Of a stretch of 32,108 bases of DNA, positions 9,389 through 18,938 are shown piece after piece. Both the position numbers and the translations under genes were made by a program. Under the pieces are notes generated by a model that worked only from the letters and a program-made list of their open reading frames with translations, was not told where the DNA came from and ran no database searches. Positions within the stretch are counted from its first letter, which is position 1. Every line of letters starts with the position of its first letter. Origin of the DNA: an uncultured Nitrososphaerota archaeon (GTDB lineage Archaea > Thermoproteota > Methanomethylicia > Nezhaarchaeales > WYZ-LMO8); NCBI GenBank assembly GCA_964586135.1, contig CAZPGS010000003.1:5780-37887 (forward strand). Direction: 5' to 3'.

Positions 9389-11206
9389 CTATCTGCCAGC
9401 AGCCCTCTTTATCTTGGCAATTTCGTCTATGAGTTCTAGTTCTTCCTTTGAGAGTTGGTCGAGGAACTTCTCCTTCAATATTCTTGCATGTTCTGTTGGC
9501 ACGTCGACGTATAGGTAATCGCCCTCGTCGATGTGCCTGCCGACGATCACGTTCCCCCTGATAGAGATCGCTACGGCCTGTCCCGCCACGGCCTCGCTCA
9601 AGCTCTTTTTCTGCTCTTGTATTTGCATTATCACTCCGAGCCTTCTGCCCTTGGCGCTCATCAACGGGTACCCAGGCCTTAGCCTTCCAGCCAGTATTTC
9701 GACCCCAACTATCGCTGGGTCGCTCCTCCTGAATACGTAGCCCTTTAGAATACGGGCCTTCCCGGGCAAGGTTAGAGAGGACAGCGTCTGCCTACGATCT
9801 TCTTCCATTTTCTTCTTGACCCAGTCCAAGTAGTCCTCCACCAACCTGTAAATGACGTTGTTCCTAAACATTGGTATGCCTCTACTCTCTATCTCCTGCT
9901 CCGCGTCGGGGTTTGCACCGACATTGAACGCCAAGATAACGCCGTGGTAGGGGTCCTTCTCTTTAGTTATCGCGGCTTCGACGACGTCTCTCTTCGATAC
10001 CTTCCCAACGTCGGCCAGCCTCACCGACACGCCCAGCCCCTGTAGCTTCGAAACTAAAGCCTCAAGGGAACCTAGGGTATCGGCTTTAACCACCACTCCT
10101 ACCGCGTCCGTCGTTATCCTGATCTTTGAGAGCTCCTCTGCAACCCTTCTTACTGCCTCCTCGATCTCAGCTTGGCTCCTCGCTGAGAAGAAGGGGCTAC
10201 CAGCCACGGCATCGTCTAGGCCCTGGGCGACTATTCTCACACCAGCAGCCGCGACGACCTCGTCCACGCTCTTGAACTTGTCCTCTGGATCCCTCATCTC
10301 ATCCATGGGCTTGGGCATCAGTATGCTCCTAATTTTGGTCACTATGGGGCCTTTAAGCCCGCCGAGCACTATCGTGTCGTCCTTTCCCAGCACGCCATCG
10401 TAAATTATCACGTCTGCGACGTTGCCTAGGCCTAGAACCTCTCTGCACTCCAGCACCACGCCTTTAGCCGCCGACTCCTCGACGTAGAGCCTCTTTAACA
10501 TGTACCTCTGAGAGAGACCGGCTAAGACAAGCAGGAGGTCAGGTATGCCCTCTCCCGTCTTAGCGCTCGTGGGTATCACGGCCACGGTTCTGGTGAAGTC
10601 CCTTATCCTGTCATACCTGTCGGCTTGAAATCCAAGCTCCTCAAACTTAGCCACGATGTTGTAGATGAGCTCGTCGAGCCTCCTCTGGACCTGAGGTTGT
10701 TGCGACTTTATCGTCTCGACGAACGGCTTAAACTCGTTCTTAACCCACCCGGGTATTTTGTCTATCTTGTTTGCGGCGACGACAAAGGGCGTCTTCCTAG
10801 CTTTTAAGATCTCTAAGCTCTCGTAGGTTATCTCTTCAAAACCTTCGAGGATGTCTATGACCAAGATGGCCACGTCGGCTATTGAGCCGCCTCTCTTCCT
10901 CAAGTTCACGAAGGCCTCGTGCCCTGGGGTGTCTATGACCAAAAAGCCGGGTATCTTAATCTCAACCTTTATGTTCTTGAGTAAGGGACCGCACATCCTC
11001 TCAAGAGCAGACCAAGGCAAGAAGGAAGCTCCAATGTGCTGGGTTTGCCACGTAGCGCCGAGCGGGCGCTACATCATGGCCCCGACTTCTCTAAACATGA
11101 TCGCAGTGCCCCTGATCTTGTCGAGGAGGAGGGTCTTCCCCACGTCTACGTGTCCCAATACACATAGGATGGGCGACCTGATTCTCTTGCCCTCACCGCC
11201 GTCCAC
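9389..11206 (-). CDS. infB: Translation initiation factor aIF5B (IF-2), intron-split: join(11206..11075, 11044..9389), about 595 aa after splicing
   Basis: Exon 1 has [29 protein letters not shown]. Exon 2 has [28 protein letters not shown] and [13 protein letters not shown] start at 11206 follows GGAGGTGA. Confidence 0.95.
11045..11074 (-). other. Putative 30-nt BHB mRNA intron in aIF5B
   Basis: Minus strand: GGG-GCCA-TG^A-[TGTAGCGCC CGCTC GGCGCTACG]-TGGC-AA^A-CCC. Complete BHB with outer helix GGG/CCC, central helix GCCA/TGGC and a 9-bp intron stem; in-frame TAG inside. Confidence 0.92.
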
Positions 11207-11284
11207 CTCACAATCACCTCCTCTAGTGGTCAGCTTGATGAAAAAGCTAAGGAGAGAAAGCTCTTTAACTTGTCGTTCCAAAGC

Positions 11285-11737
11285 TCAAAGCCAGGCCTCA
11301 TCGGCTCGTGAGTAATTGCAAAGCTCCCTCTCTTCGAAGAAGATCTTTATTTCCTTCTCGGCGCTTTCCTTGCTATCCGATGCATGGATTATGTTTTGCG
11401 TTATTGAGATCCCGAAGTCGCCCCTAATGGTCCCGGGTGGCGCTTCCTTGGGGTTCGTAGGGCCTATGACCTTTCTGACGACTTGGATGGCGCCGTCGCC
11501 CTCGATAACCCCGACGACTACCGGGGCTGAGGTGATGTAGTTGATCAGCTCCTCATAGAAGTGCTTGCCTTTGTGCACCGAATATAGCTCTTCAGCCTTT
11601 TCTCTCGACATTTTCAACATCTTCAAGCCCACTATCTTCAGGCCCTTCCTCTCAAGCCTCGATAAGACCTCCCCTACGAGGCCCCTTACGACGGCTCCGG
11701 GCTTGATTATTATCAACGTTCTCTCGACGGCCATCAC
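11285..11737 (-). CDS. ndk: Nucleoside diphosphate kinase
   Basis: [35 protein letters not shown]. Confidence 0.97.
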   Translation of the reverse strand: MMAVERTLIIIKPGAVVRGLVGEVLSRLERKGLKIVGLKMLKMSREKAEELYSVHKGKHFYEELINYITSAPVVVGVIEGDGAIQVVRKVIGPTNPKEAPPGTIRGDFGISITQNIIHASDSKESAEKEIKIFFEERELCNYSRADEAWL

Positions 11738-11922
11738 TTGTACACCTTCCTAGTCTTCGCGGACCACTTTAGCTTAGCCGGGTTCCTCCTGAGCTTTGTC
11801 ATGTTCTTCTTGCACTTACTTGAGCAGAAGTACAATATGGTCCCATCGTTTCTGACGAACATGAGCCCCGTCCCAGGCGGGACATCCTTCCCGCAGAACG
11901 CACACGAAACTGCCTTGAACAT
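11734..11922 (-). CDS. rpl24e: 50S ribosomal protein L24e
   Basis: [34 protein letters not shown]. Confidence 0.96.
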   Translation of the reverse strand: MFKAVSCAFCGKDVPPGTGLMFVRNDGTILYFCSSKCKKNMTKLRRNPAKLKWSAKTRKVYK

Positions 11923-12100
11923 TTTGGCACCGCCTTTAGTGAGGCTTCACGTCCATCTTATAACCCTTACCTCGTCCAAGGCGAGTCAGGGCAGGGTAAG
12001 AAGGGTCGAGAGGGACACGCACGAAGAGCCCCTCGACGCTCTAAGCATGAGAGAGGTTTATCAGCTAGTTCCTCAGAGGCCTAGGTAATAGGTGCGCTCC

Positions 12101-12322
12101 ATGAGCTCTGGCCAAGCTCAAGACGCTACGCCTGCAGAGGTCGTCCAAATAATCGGTAGGACGGGAGTCACTGGAGAGGTCATACAGGTCAGGTGCAGGA
12201 TACTCGAGGGACCTGATAAGGGTAGGATCTTGACGAGAAACGTTAAAGGCCCTGTTAGGATCGGCGATATACTAATGCTCCGAGAGACAGAAAGAGAGGC
12301 TAGGAAACTTACTCCGCGGTGA
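12101..12322 (+). CDS. rps28e: 30S ribosomal protein S28e (inverted relative to neighbours)
   Basis: [46 protein letters not shown]. Confidence 0.97.
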   Translation: MSSGQAQDATPAEVVQIIGRTGVTGEVIQVRCRILEGPDKGRILTRNVKGPVRIGDILMLRETEREARKLTPR

Positions 12323-12333
12323 TCTAGAAGAGC

Positions 12334-12804
12334 TCACTTCTTCCTCTCTTTCCTCTCTTTCTTGACCTCCTTCTTAGCTGGTGCCGCCTTTTCTTCAACA
12401 GGTGGCGCTACTAGCGCCGTCGGTAAGCCGGCTTTAGCCTTTATTTCGTTGATCTTAGCCACCAACTCTTCTACGAGCTCTTTGGCCTGTCCCGCTTCGA
12501 TTATCGCAGCCGACGCGGCCTTTACCTCAATTCCAGCCGCTTGTCCTAGCTTTTCTTTGCTCGGTACGTAGATGTACGGTATTTTCCTCTCTTCACATAA
12601 CAATGGCAAGTGCATAACTACTTCTGGAGGGTCGACGTCCTCGGCTATTAGCACGAGCTTCGCTAGCCCCCTCTCGACGGCCTTCGTTGACTCGTTGGTT
12701 CCCTTCTTTATCTTGCCCGTCTCTCTAGCTATCTTTAAGGCCTCGTAGGCCTTTTCAGCGAGCTCAGGCGGCGCCTCAAACCTAACGTAGCTTGGCTTTG
12801 GCAC
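12334..12804 (-). CDS. rpl7ae: 50S ribosomal protein L7Ae with charged C-terminal tail
   Basis: [47 protein letters not shown]. Confidence 0.97.
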   Translation of the reverse strand: MPKPSYVRFEAPPELAEKAYEALKIARETGKIKKGTNESTKAVERGLAKLVLIAEDVDPPEVVMHLPLLCEERKIPYIYVPSKEKLGQAAGIEVKAASAAIIEAGQAKELVEELVAKINEIKAKAGLPTALVAPPVEEKAAPAKKEVKKERKERKK

Positions 12805-12868
12805 GAATCCCTCACCCCTCCTACTTCATCGATTCATAGGTTAGGTGTGTCTTTATTTACTGGCACAG

Positions 12869-12882
12869 CTTATAAATTTTTT
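12869..12882 (-). promoter_or_regulatory. BRE/TATA promoter of rpl7ae
   Basis: Minus strand AAAAAA-TTTATAAG about 65 nt upstream of the GTG start, implying a leader of roughly 40 nt. Confidence 0.6.
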
Positions 12883-12898
12883 AACTTATAGCCTTTGG

Positions 12899-14650
12899 CT
12901 ACTCATGGGCAAAATAGAATACAAGCCTCCGTGTCTTCACATCCTTGTGGTCGAGCCTCGCGAACCCTATGCGCACTAGCTGGACTATGGATCCTTCGCC
13001 TAGCATTTCAAGCGCCCTCTCTCCGATCCCTATGGCTTTGCTGGCATCTGGCATCACAACCTCGACTTCAATGTTGTCATCGGCTGGGACCCATTGTATT
13101 ATCGGGGCTTTGAGGCGCGAAGCCTCTTCAACGCTCTCCCCTTTGTAAAATGCGTATGCCGTATCGCCCTCGACCCCCTCTAATTGAATATTAAATAGGG
13201 ACATTAACCGAACGAAGTGATTGCGCTTTAAGAGCTCAACGTCTCTCTTGGATATGTAGACCCTAGCCTCGCCCTCGACCAATTTCACCTCTATCTCTCT
13301 GTAACCTCTCTCAGGGAAGTCTGGATGGAGTTGGGGCCTAGCAATAAAGTTGGTCGGAACGCCCTTAATTACGAGCTTTACGGGCTCAAAAACACAAAAG
13401 TATCTATCAGCTCTCGGGTCCAAGTGCTTGCGGTTCACGGAGTATATGTTCTCCCAACTTAGCGATGCCTCTGAGCTCTTTACCCCCACGTGGAGTATTA
13501 TCTCCCTGAGGGTCTCTGGCAATATGCCCCTCTTCCTAGTGGCCATTATCGTGCCTAGGCGAGGGTCGTCCCACCACGAAAACTCTCGTTTCGCTATGCC
13601 CTTGCTTATTTGGGACTTGCTCAATATTATGCCCGTCAGCTTTAAGCGGCCGAAGTGGATCGTCTCTGGGAACTTCCACCCCATGTGGTCGAAGACATAC
13701 CTCTGCTTGATCGTGTTGGTTATGTGCTCTTTAGCCCTCAATATGTGGCTTATCTCGAGCTCGTGGTCATCAACGGCAGAGGCGAAGTTGTACGTGGGCC
13801 ACACGAAGTATTTGCTTCCAACTCTTGGATGAGGGTTCTTCTCAACATCTATTATCCTAAAGGCGACCCACTCTCTCACTGATACGTCGGGGTAATTTAG
13901 ATCGGTCTTTATCCTGACGACTGCCTCCTTTTCTCCGTACTTCAGGGACAACATGCCCTCGAACCTCTCAAGGTGTTCATTAGGGCTCAGCCCCCTGCAT
14001 GGACAAGGCTTGCCCATGTCGCGGAGCGACTTAAAGAGCTCTTGGTCGCAAGTGCATACATACGCCCCGCCCCTCCTCAAGAGCTCTTTGCAAACATCAT
14101 AATACACTTCTAGCCTATCGGATTGATACACGACTTGGCCAGGCTTTATCCCCAACCACTCCATGTCCTCTATTATCCACTTGTAAGCCTCTGGTAGCGG
14201 CCTCTTTGTCTTCGGATCAGTATCGTCGAACCTCAGTATGAACCTCCCCTTGTACATTTTGGCGTATTCATAGGACAAAATGAGCGGTCTAAGGCTACCT
14301 AAGTGAAGCGGGGCGTCGGGATTGGGAGCAAATCTTGTTACTATTACCTCATACTTGTCAACGTTGGGGAGAGGGGGCAAGGACTTCTCCTCCACCTCCT
14401 TCTTCTTCACTATGGCCCCCGGATACTTCTCCTCCACCTCCTTCCTGATCTCCTCCACGCTCATCCTGTTTACTTCGTTTATTATGCCTTCGACCAATTT
14501 AGCGAGGGCCTTAGCCTGGCTTCTCAGGTCAGGCCTCACAGCAATGACTTTGCCGAGTACAGGTCCCTGGACCGCCTTTCCGCCGTGCTCGTAGGCGTTT
14601 ATCAAGGCATACTTTCTTATTAGCTGAACTACGTCGTCTGAGAAGCTCAT
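12899..14650 (-). CDS. gltX: Glutamate--tRNA ligase
   Basis: ALINAYEHGGKA, TRFAPNP..LHLG, LRFDDTDP, ISHILRAKEH, LSKS, WDDPRLGT. Confidence 0.96.
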   Translation of the reverse strand: MSFSDDVVQLIRKYALINAYEHGGKAVQGPVLGKVIAVRPDLRSQAKALAKLVEGIINEVNRMSVEEIRKEVEEKYPGAIVKKKEVEEKSLPPLPNVDKYEVIVTRFAPNPDAPLHLGSLRPLILSYEYAKMYKGRFILRFDDTDPKTKRPLPEAYKWIIEDMEWLGIKPGQVVYQSDRLEVYYDVCKELLRRGGAYVCTCDQELFKSLRDMGKPCPCRGLSPNEHLERFEGMLSLKYGEKEAVVRIKTDLNYPDVSVREWVAFRIIDVEKNPHPRVGSKYFVWPTYNFASAVDDHELEISHILRAKEHITNTIKQRYVFDHMGWKFPETIHFGRLKLTGIILSKSQISKGIAKREFSWWDDPRLGTIMATRKRGILPETLREIILHVGVKSSEASLSWENIYSVNRKHLDPRADRYFCVFEPVKLVIKGVPTNFIARPQLHPDFPERGYREIEVKLVEGEARVYISKRDVELLKRNHFVRLMSLFNIQLEGVEGDTAYAFYKGESVEEASRLKAPIIQWVPADDNIEVEVVMPDASKAIGIGERALEMLGEGSIVQLVRIGFARLDHKDVKTRRLVFYFAHE

Positions 14651-15753
14651 AGAGTCTTCCTTCTCCTTAAATATTCGTCAATATTTATGCCCCTCATCTG
14701 AAGCCACTCTTTAACCCTTCCCGTTATGACGACCTCGGCCCTCTTCAGGTCTCTCAGGCTTCGAGAAGCCGTTAAAAACATGGCCCCTTGCAGTTGCTCT
14801 ATTAGGACATCTAGGTAAGCCCTTAAGGCATCGACGCCACGCCCTACGGCCCTCAAAGCTGGCAAGGCTATCCCAACGAGGTCGGCCCCCAACGCTATGG
14901 CTTTAGCACAATCGACCCCGCTCCTCACTCCTCCAGATGCTATCACGGGGACGTCGACCCCGCTCCTCACCTCTATAAGGCTCACAACGGTCGGTATGCC
15001 CCATTCAGCGAAGGCCTCAGCCACTTCGGTCTTAAAACTATCTCCGTGCCTCTTAGCCCTCAATGCCTCGACTTTGCACCAACTGGTCCCCCCAGCTCCA
15101 GCCACGTCTATAGCCTTCACAAGCCCCTCTTTGACGAGCCTTATAGCATCTTCACGTGAAATACCGCATCCAGTCTCCTTGACTATTACGGGGACTTCTA
15201 CAGCCTCCGAAATCCTCCTAATGGCCTGCAATACGCCTTTGAATTTAAGGTCTCCTCCCATTTGAGAGAACTCATGCGCTGGGTTTAAGTGTATGTTAAG
15301 CGCATTAGCCTCGATCATCTCGATCATCTTGCGCACATCGTTCACATCAAACTGGCTAACTAGTTGAGCCGCGCCGACGTTGGCGATCACGTAGGCCGTC
15401 GGGGCCTTCTTGCGCACCACGGCAAAGGTATCTACGAGGCTCTTGTCGAGCAGCGCGGCCCTCTGACTGCCTACGGCCATAGCCAAGCCCATTTCCTCGA
15501 CGACTTGGGCTACTGCACTGTTTATTTCTTTGGCCCTCGGATGCCCCCCAGTCATGGCCGAGATCAGGATTGGGGCCCTTAATTTGAAGCCGAGGAAATA
15601 GGTCTCTAGATTTATCTCGTCAATGTCCATTTCGGGTAAGCATCTATGGACGAGCCATACATCCTCAAACCCAGTGCTGTTGCGATGCATTTCGACATCC
15701 TCTCTCAAGCATATCTCTATGTGCTCAAACTTTCGATTGCTTATGTCGTCCAT
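14647..15753 (-). CDS. fni: Type 2 isopentenyl-diphosphate delta-isomerase
   Basis: RKFEHI, ISAMTGG, VGSQRAA, IHLNPAHE, VKETGCG, AGAGGTSW, WGIPT, SGGVRSG. Confidence 0.96.
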   Translation of the reverse strand: MDDISNRKFEHIEICLREDVEMHRNSTGFEDVWLVHRCLPEMDIDEINLETYFLGFKLRAPILISAMTGGHPRAKEINSAVAQVVEEMGLAMAVGSQRAALLDKSLVDTFAVVRKKAPTAYVIANVGAAQLVSQFDVNDVRKMIEMIEANALNIHLNPAHEFSQMGGDLKFKGVLQAIRRISEAVEVPVIVKETGCGISREDAIRLVKEGLVKAIDVAGAGGTSWCKVEALRAKRHGDSFKTEVAEAFAEWGIPTVVSLIEVRSGVDVPVIASGGVRSGVDCAKAIALGADLVGIALPALRAVGRGVDALRAYLDVLIEQLQGAMFLTASRSLRDLKRAEVVITGRVKEWLQMRGINIDEYLRRRKTL

Positions 15754-15758
15754 TTCGC

Positions 15759-16550
15759 TTAGTCCTCCTTTATTACGGTCCCTTTAAATTTCAGTCCATC
15801 AAGGGCTTTAAGCAGATTTTTTCTACGCCAACTTACGAAGCAAACAACTTTTACGCCACCACGAAAAGCGCTAAAGGCCTCATATATCTTCCTAACAAGA
15901 CCGCCTGTGGCGTCGGGGTCGGAAGACGCTATCTCTATTCTTTTTAGAACCTCTTCGTTTAAGAACTTTACGAGTTTAGCCCTTGGCTTCTTCCTGGGAT
16001 CTTCAAGGTATATGCCGTCAACGTCGAGCACGTAAATTAGCTTGTCGGCCTTAAGCTTCAAAGCCAGAAATGAAGCCACTGTGTCGCCAGACAAGATCGT
16101 TACGCCGCGCTCGCCTCTATTTAAGACGACGTCCCCGTATAGGACAGGAAGGAACCCCTTCTCTAACGCTGCCTCGACGCCTTTGATGAAGTATTCCTTG
16201 ACCTCGCCTCCTTCCAAGATGGACGAAGATGACGGCTCGAGGGCATAAGGCCTTCCCCCCAGCTTTATGAATTCCTTAACGACCTCTTCGTTAAGTCTCC
16301 TCATAGCCAACCTCGTGAGCACGACGCCCTTGTAACTCTCGTCACTAAGTAGCCCCGCGCTCAGCCTATATCTCATAGCCAATGGATGGCCAAAGGATCC
16401 ACCACCATGAACCACGACGACTTTGCCTCCTTTCTCGATGTGGTTGAGGACTTGAGAACACATGCTCCTCAAGGCCCCTTTCCTAATGGTGAATGGCTTG
16501 TCCTTCACAGTGATGGCACTGCCCCCGAACTTTACTATCGACAAGGTCAT
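15759..16550 (-). CDS. ipk: Isopentenyl phosphate kinase
   Basis: KFGGSAIT.K, VHGGGSFGH, PVLYGDV, ILSGD, DVDGIY, DATGG; next to fni. Confidence 0.92.
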   Translation of the reverse strand: MTLSIVKFGGSAITVKDKPFTIRKGALRSMCSQVLNHIEKGGKVVVVHGGGSFGHPLAMRYRLSAGLLSDESYKGVVLTRLAMRRLNEEVVKEFIKLGGRPYALEPSSSSILEGGEVKEYFIKGVEAALEKGFLPVLYGDVVLNRGERGVTILSGDTVASFLALKLKADKLIYVLDVDGIYLEDPRKKPRAKLVKFLNEEVLKRIEIASSDPDATGGLVRKIYEAFSAFRGGVKVVCFVSWRRKNLLKALDGLKFKGTVIKED

Positions 16551-16557
16551 AGCCTAC

Positions 16558-17400
16558 TCAACCTCTTAATGCAATGGCCTGGAAGCCCATCGAACTAATC
16601 GTCCTCAAACACTCGTCCAGCGAGTCACGGTCCTCACTGAAGAGTGCGAAGCCCCTAAAGTCCTCGTCGACTTTACATGCTAATCCCCTTATGTTGGAAA
16701 GCCTTTCATAGGCTTTGAGGATCGAAAGCGGGAGCTCTGATAGTGCGATGCATAACCTGCTGTACTTGACAAGAGCTCTGCGGAAGAGCTCGAAGTCCTC
16801 GTCGATCATCGAACGCGCTACAGTGATTATCATTCTGCCCAAGGCATGGAGGGCTATGCTAAACGCCTCTTCAAGTCCTTCGCCCTCGAAAATCTTAAAT
16901 CTCAATGGTACCTTGAGGCCTAAGCCCATTTTCCAAGGGAAATCTTTTCGAAGCTCCACCAAGCCCTCGCCCTCTCTATACGCCAGCAGCCCCTCGCCCC
17001 TCATGCTCTCTACAGCGCCTCTAACTCTCGTGCTGGAGATGGTCAATCTCCTTGAAATCTCATAGGTTGAAAAGCTCCTCAAACCCGCCTCTTTGAGCAA
17101 CGCTGAGGAAATCGCGATCAAGGAGTCCATAGGCGGTAAATTTTCGGAGCCTCTAACGAAGACGTCAATTCTCAGCGAACTTAGACAACGTGAGAGGACC
17201 CTCAAAAGCTTCCTTTCAAGGTACTCGGCGAGAGGGTTAGACCACTCAACCTTCAAAGACCCAGTACCCCGGTGTATTGACATCAAGAACCCTCTGTTCT
17301 TCGCGACGTAGCATAACGTGGGATAGTTATACTGGACGAGGGACTGGCCGATTATGCTTATTGGAACCCTCACGAATAAGTCCTTAGACATCGAGGTCAC
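16558..17400 (-). CDS. Highly diverged mevalonate-kinase-like (GHMP-fold) protein, catalytic motifs apparently lost
   Basis: Occupies the mvk position between MEMO1 and ipk. N-terminus PISIIGQSLVQYNYPTL resembles PGKxILFGEHAVVYGxPAI. No GLGSS or GAGGGG motif. Confidence 0.55.
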   Translation of the reverse strand: MTSMSKDLFVRVPISIIGQSLVQYNYPTLCYVAKNRGFLMSIHRGTGSLKVEWSNPLAEYLERKLLRVLSRCLSSLRIDVFVRGSENLPPMDSLIAISSALLKEAGLRSFSTYEISRRLTISSTRVRGAVESMRGEGLLAYREGEGLVELRKDFPWKMGLGLKVPLRFKIFEGEGLEEAFSIALHALGRMIITVARSMIDEDFELFRRALVKYSRLCIALSELPLSILKAYERLSNIRGLACKVDEDFRGFALFSEDRDSLDECLRTISSMGFQAIALRG

Positions 17401-18248
17401 TTTTCGACCTTCACAGAGCCGTATCCTACTACTGAGAACTTATCGCCAGTGACGTCACCTGAAGTCGCGTACTTCAATACCGTCGCCCTTCTGGCCCCTA
17501 ACTTCTTCACTGCGTAAAGCATCGAGGCCACAGGCCCGGGACCACACATCGACACTCGCAAGGAGTCAACGAATCTCAACATCGTGTCTGGGTCAAGAGC
17601 TTCTATGGATTTCAACACCTTAAGGTCCTTCTCGTAAGCCTTCTCTTGAGGCTCATAGTGGGTAAAGTCCGTTGAGGCTATTATCACGGCATCTTCGTTC
17701 TCGAGCGCTTTAGCTATGGCGTTGCCCACATCTACGCATACGTCTCTCAGCTGGAGCATCATGCAAATCGGGACGAAGCTAAGGCGATCGCCATATATGT
17801 ATTGCAAAAACGGTAGCTGAACTTCTATCGAGTGTTCCTGTAGGTGTGCAAGCTCGTCGACTGCTATTACCTCGCTGTTCTTAACTATCTTTTTCGCTAC
17901 TTCGCTATTGACCTCCACATTTCCGAGAGGCGTCCTCCAGTAACCGCCGTCGACTATTGAGATTCCGGACCCTAGGCCCGTGTGGTTTGGGCCCAATATT
18001 ACTACGACGCCCGGGACACCGTCTTTTGCGAGCTCAGCGTAAGAGTGTGCGGCTATCGGTCCTGAATACACGTAGCCCGCGTGAGGACACACCAAGCCCG
18101 CAATGCTCCTCTTGCCCTGTTCATTGACAGAGGGAATGGAGCCAGGGCCTAGCTTGTGCTTGAAGCACCACTCTATCCTCTTCTTGAGCGTCTCGCTGTC
18201 GCCTTCGTAGAACAAGCCCGCTACAGCTGGGTACCTGATCCTCCTCAA
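17397..18248 (-). CDS. MEMO1 family protein (AmmeMemoRadiSam protein B)
   Basis: R.PAVAG.FY, PHAGYVYSG, GPNHTG, EHSIEVQLPFLQ, ASTDFTHY, SMCGPGP, VVGY. Confidence 0.95.
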   Translation of the reverse strand: MRRIRYPAVAGLFYEGDSETLKKRIEWCFKHKLGPGSIPSVNEQGKRSIAGLVCPHAGYVYSGPIAAHSYAELAKDGVPGVVVILGPNHTGLGSGISIVDGGYWRTPLGNVEVNSEVAKKIVKNSEVIAVDELAHLQEHSIEVQLPFLQYIYGDRLSFVPICMMLQLRDVCVDVGNAIAKALENEDAVIIASTDFTHYEPQEKAYEKDLKVLKSIEALDPDTMLRFVDSLRVSMCGPGPVASMLYAVKKLGARRATVLKYATSGDVTGDKFSVVGYGSVKVEK

Positions 18249-18287
18249 ATTTCAACACCTGAAGAAAATTAGCCTAAATAAGGCTCT

Positions 18288-18929
18288 TTAACTTTCCTCA
18301 GAAGAAGAGGTTTCTTCGACGGGCAGTTTAGTCTCGAACTCTGCGACGGGCACCGGTAGATCGCCATCAGGTGGTATTACTCCTCTTTCTCTCAACGTTT
18401 GGCGCGTCAGGAGCCAGTAGACAAGCGCCAAGGACTTCCTACCTTTGTTGTTGACCGGTATTATGAGGTCAACGAAGACGGCGTCGTTGTCCGTATCGCA
18501 GAGTGCTATTATTGGCACGCCTATCTTCGCGGCCTCGTTTATTGCCTGCTCGTCCGCTCTTGTATCAGTGGCTATAAGGAGCTCGGGCTCCATGTAAAAG
18601 GGGAGCTTAGGGTTCGTGAAAGTACCTGGAATGAACCGTCCTGGAATCGCGACGGCGCCCGTCAACTCAGCAAACTTCTCAACGCATTTGAAGCCGTATT
18701 GCCTTGACGAAGTAGCCACGACCTTAGGGGGGTCATGCCTGGCTATCATCTTCGCAGCTATCCTTATCCTCTCATCGGTTTTCGCAAGGTCTATGACGCA
18801 GAGCCCATCGGGTCTTATCTTGTAGATAAACGGTCTAAGCGCTGTTGTCTTTATGTGAGTGCCTAAGTGAACCCCTGCCTTCAAGTACTCCTCTCTCGGT
18901 ATTAAGAGCTCTTTTTGTTGGAGGGCCAC
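18288..18929 (-). CDS. rps2: 30S ribosomal protein S2
   Basis: YLKAGVHLGT, R.DGL, GRFIPGTFTNP, CDTDN, VDLIIPVNNKGRKSLA. Confidence 0.97.
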   Translation of the reverse strand: MALQQKELLIPREEYLKAGVHLGTHIKTTALRPFIYKIRPDGLCVIDLAKTDERIRIAAKMIARHDPPKVVATSSRQYGFKCVEKFAELTGAVAIPGRFIPGTFTNPKLPFYMEPELLIATDTRADEQAINEAAKIGVPIIALCDTDNDAVFVDLIIPVNNKGRKSLALVYWLLTRQTLRERGVIPPDGDLPVPVAEFETKLPVEETSSSEES

Positions 18930-18938
18930 ACCACCACC

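Noticed and set aside
11045-11074. Inserts as inteins, terminators or transposon footprints
   Set aside because: Too short for inteins and they contain stops. No U-tract, no target-site duplication and no shared sequence among the three.
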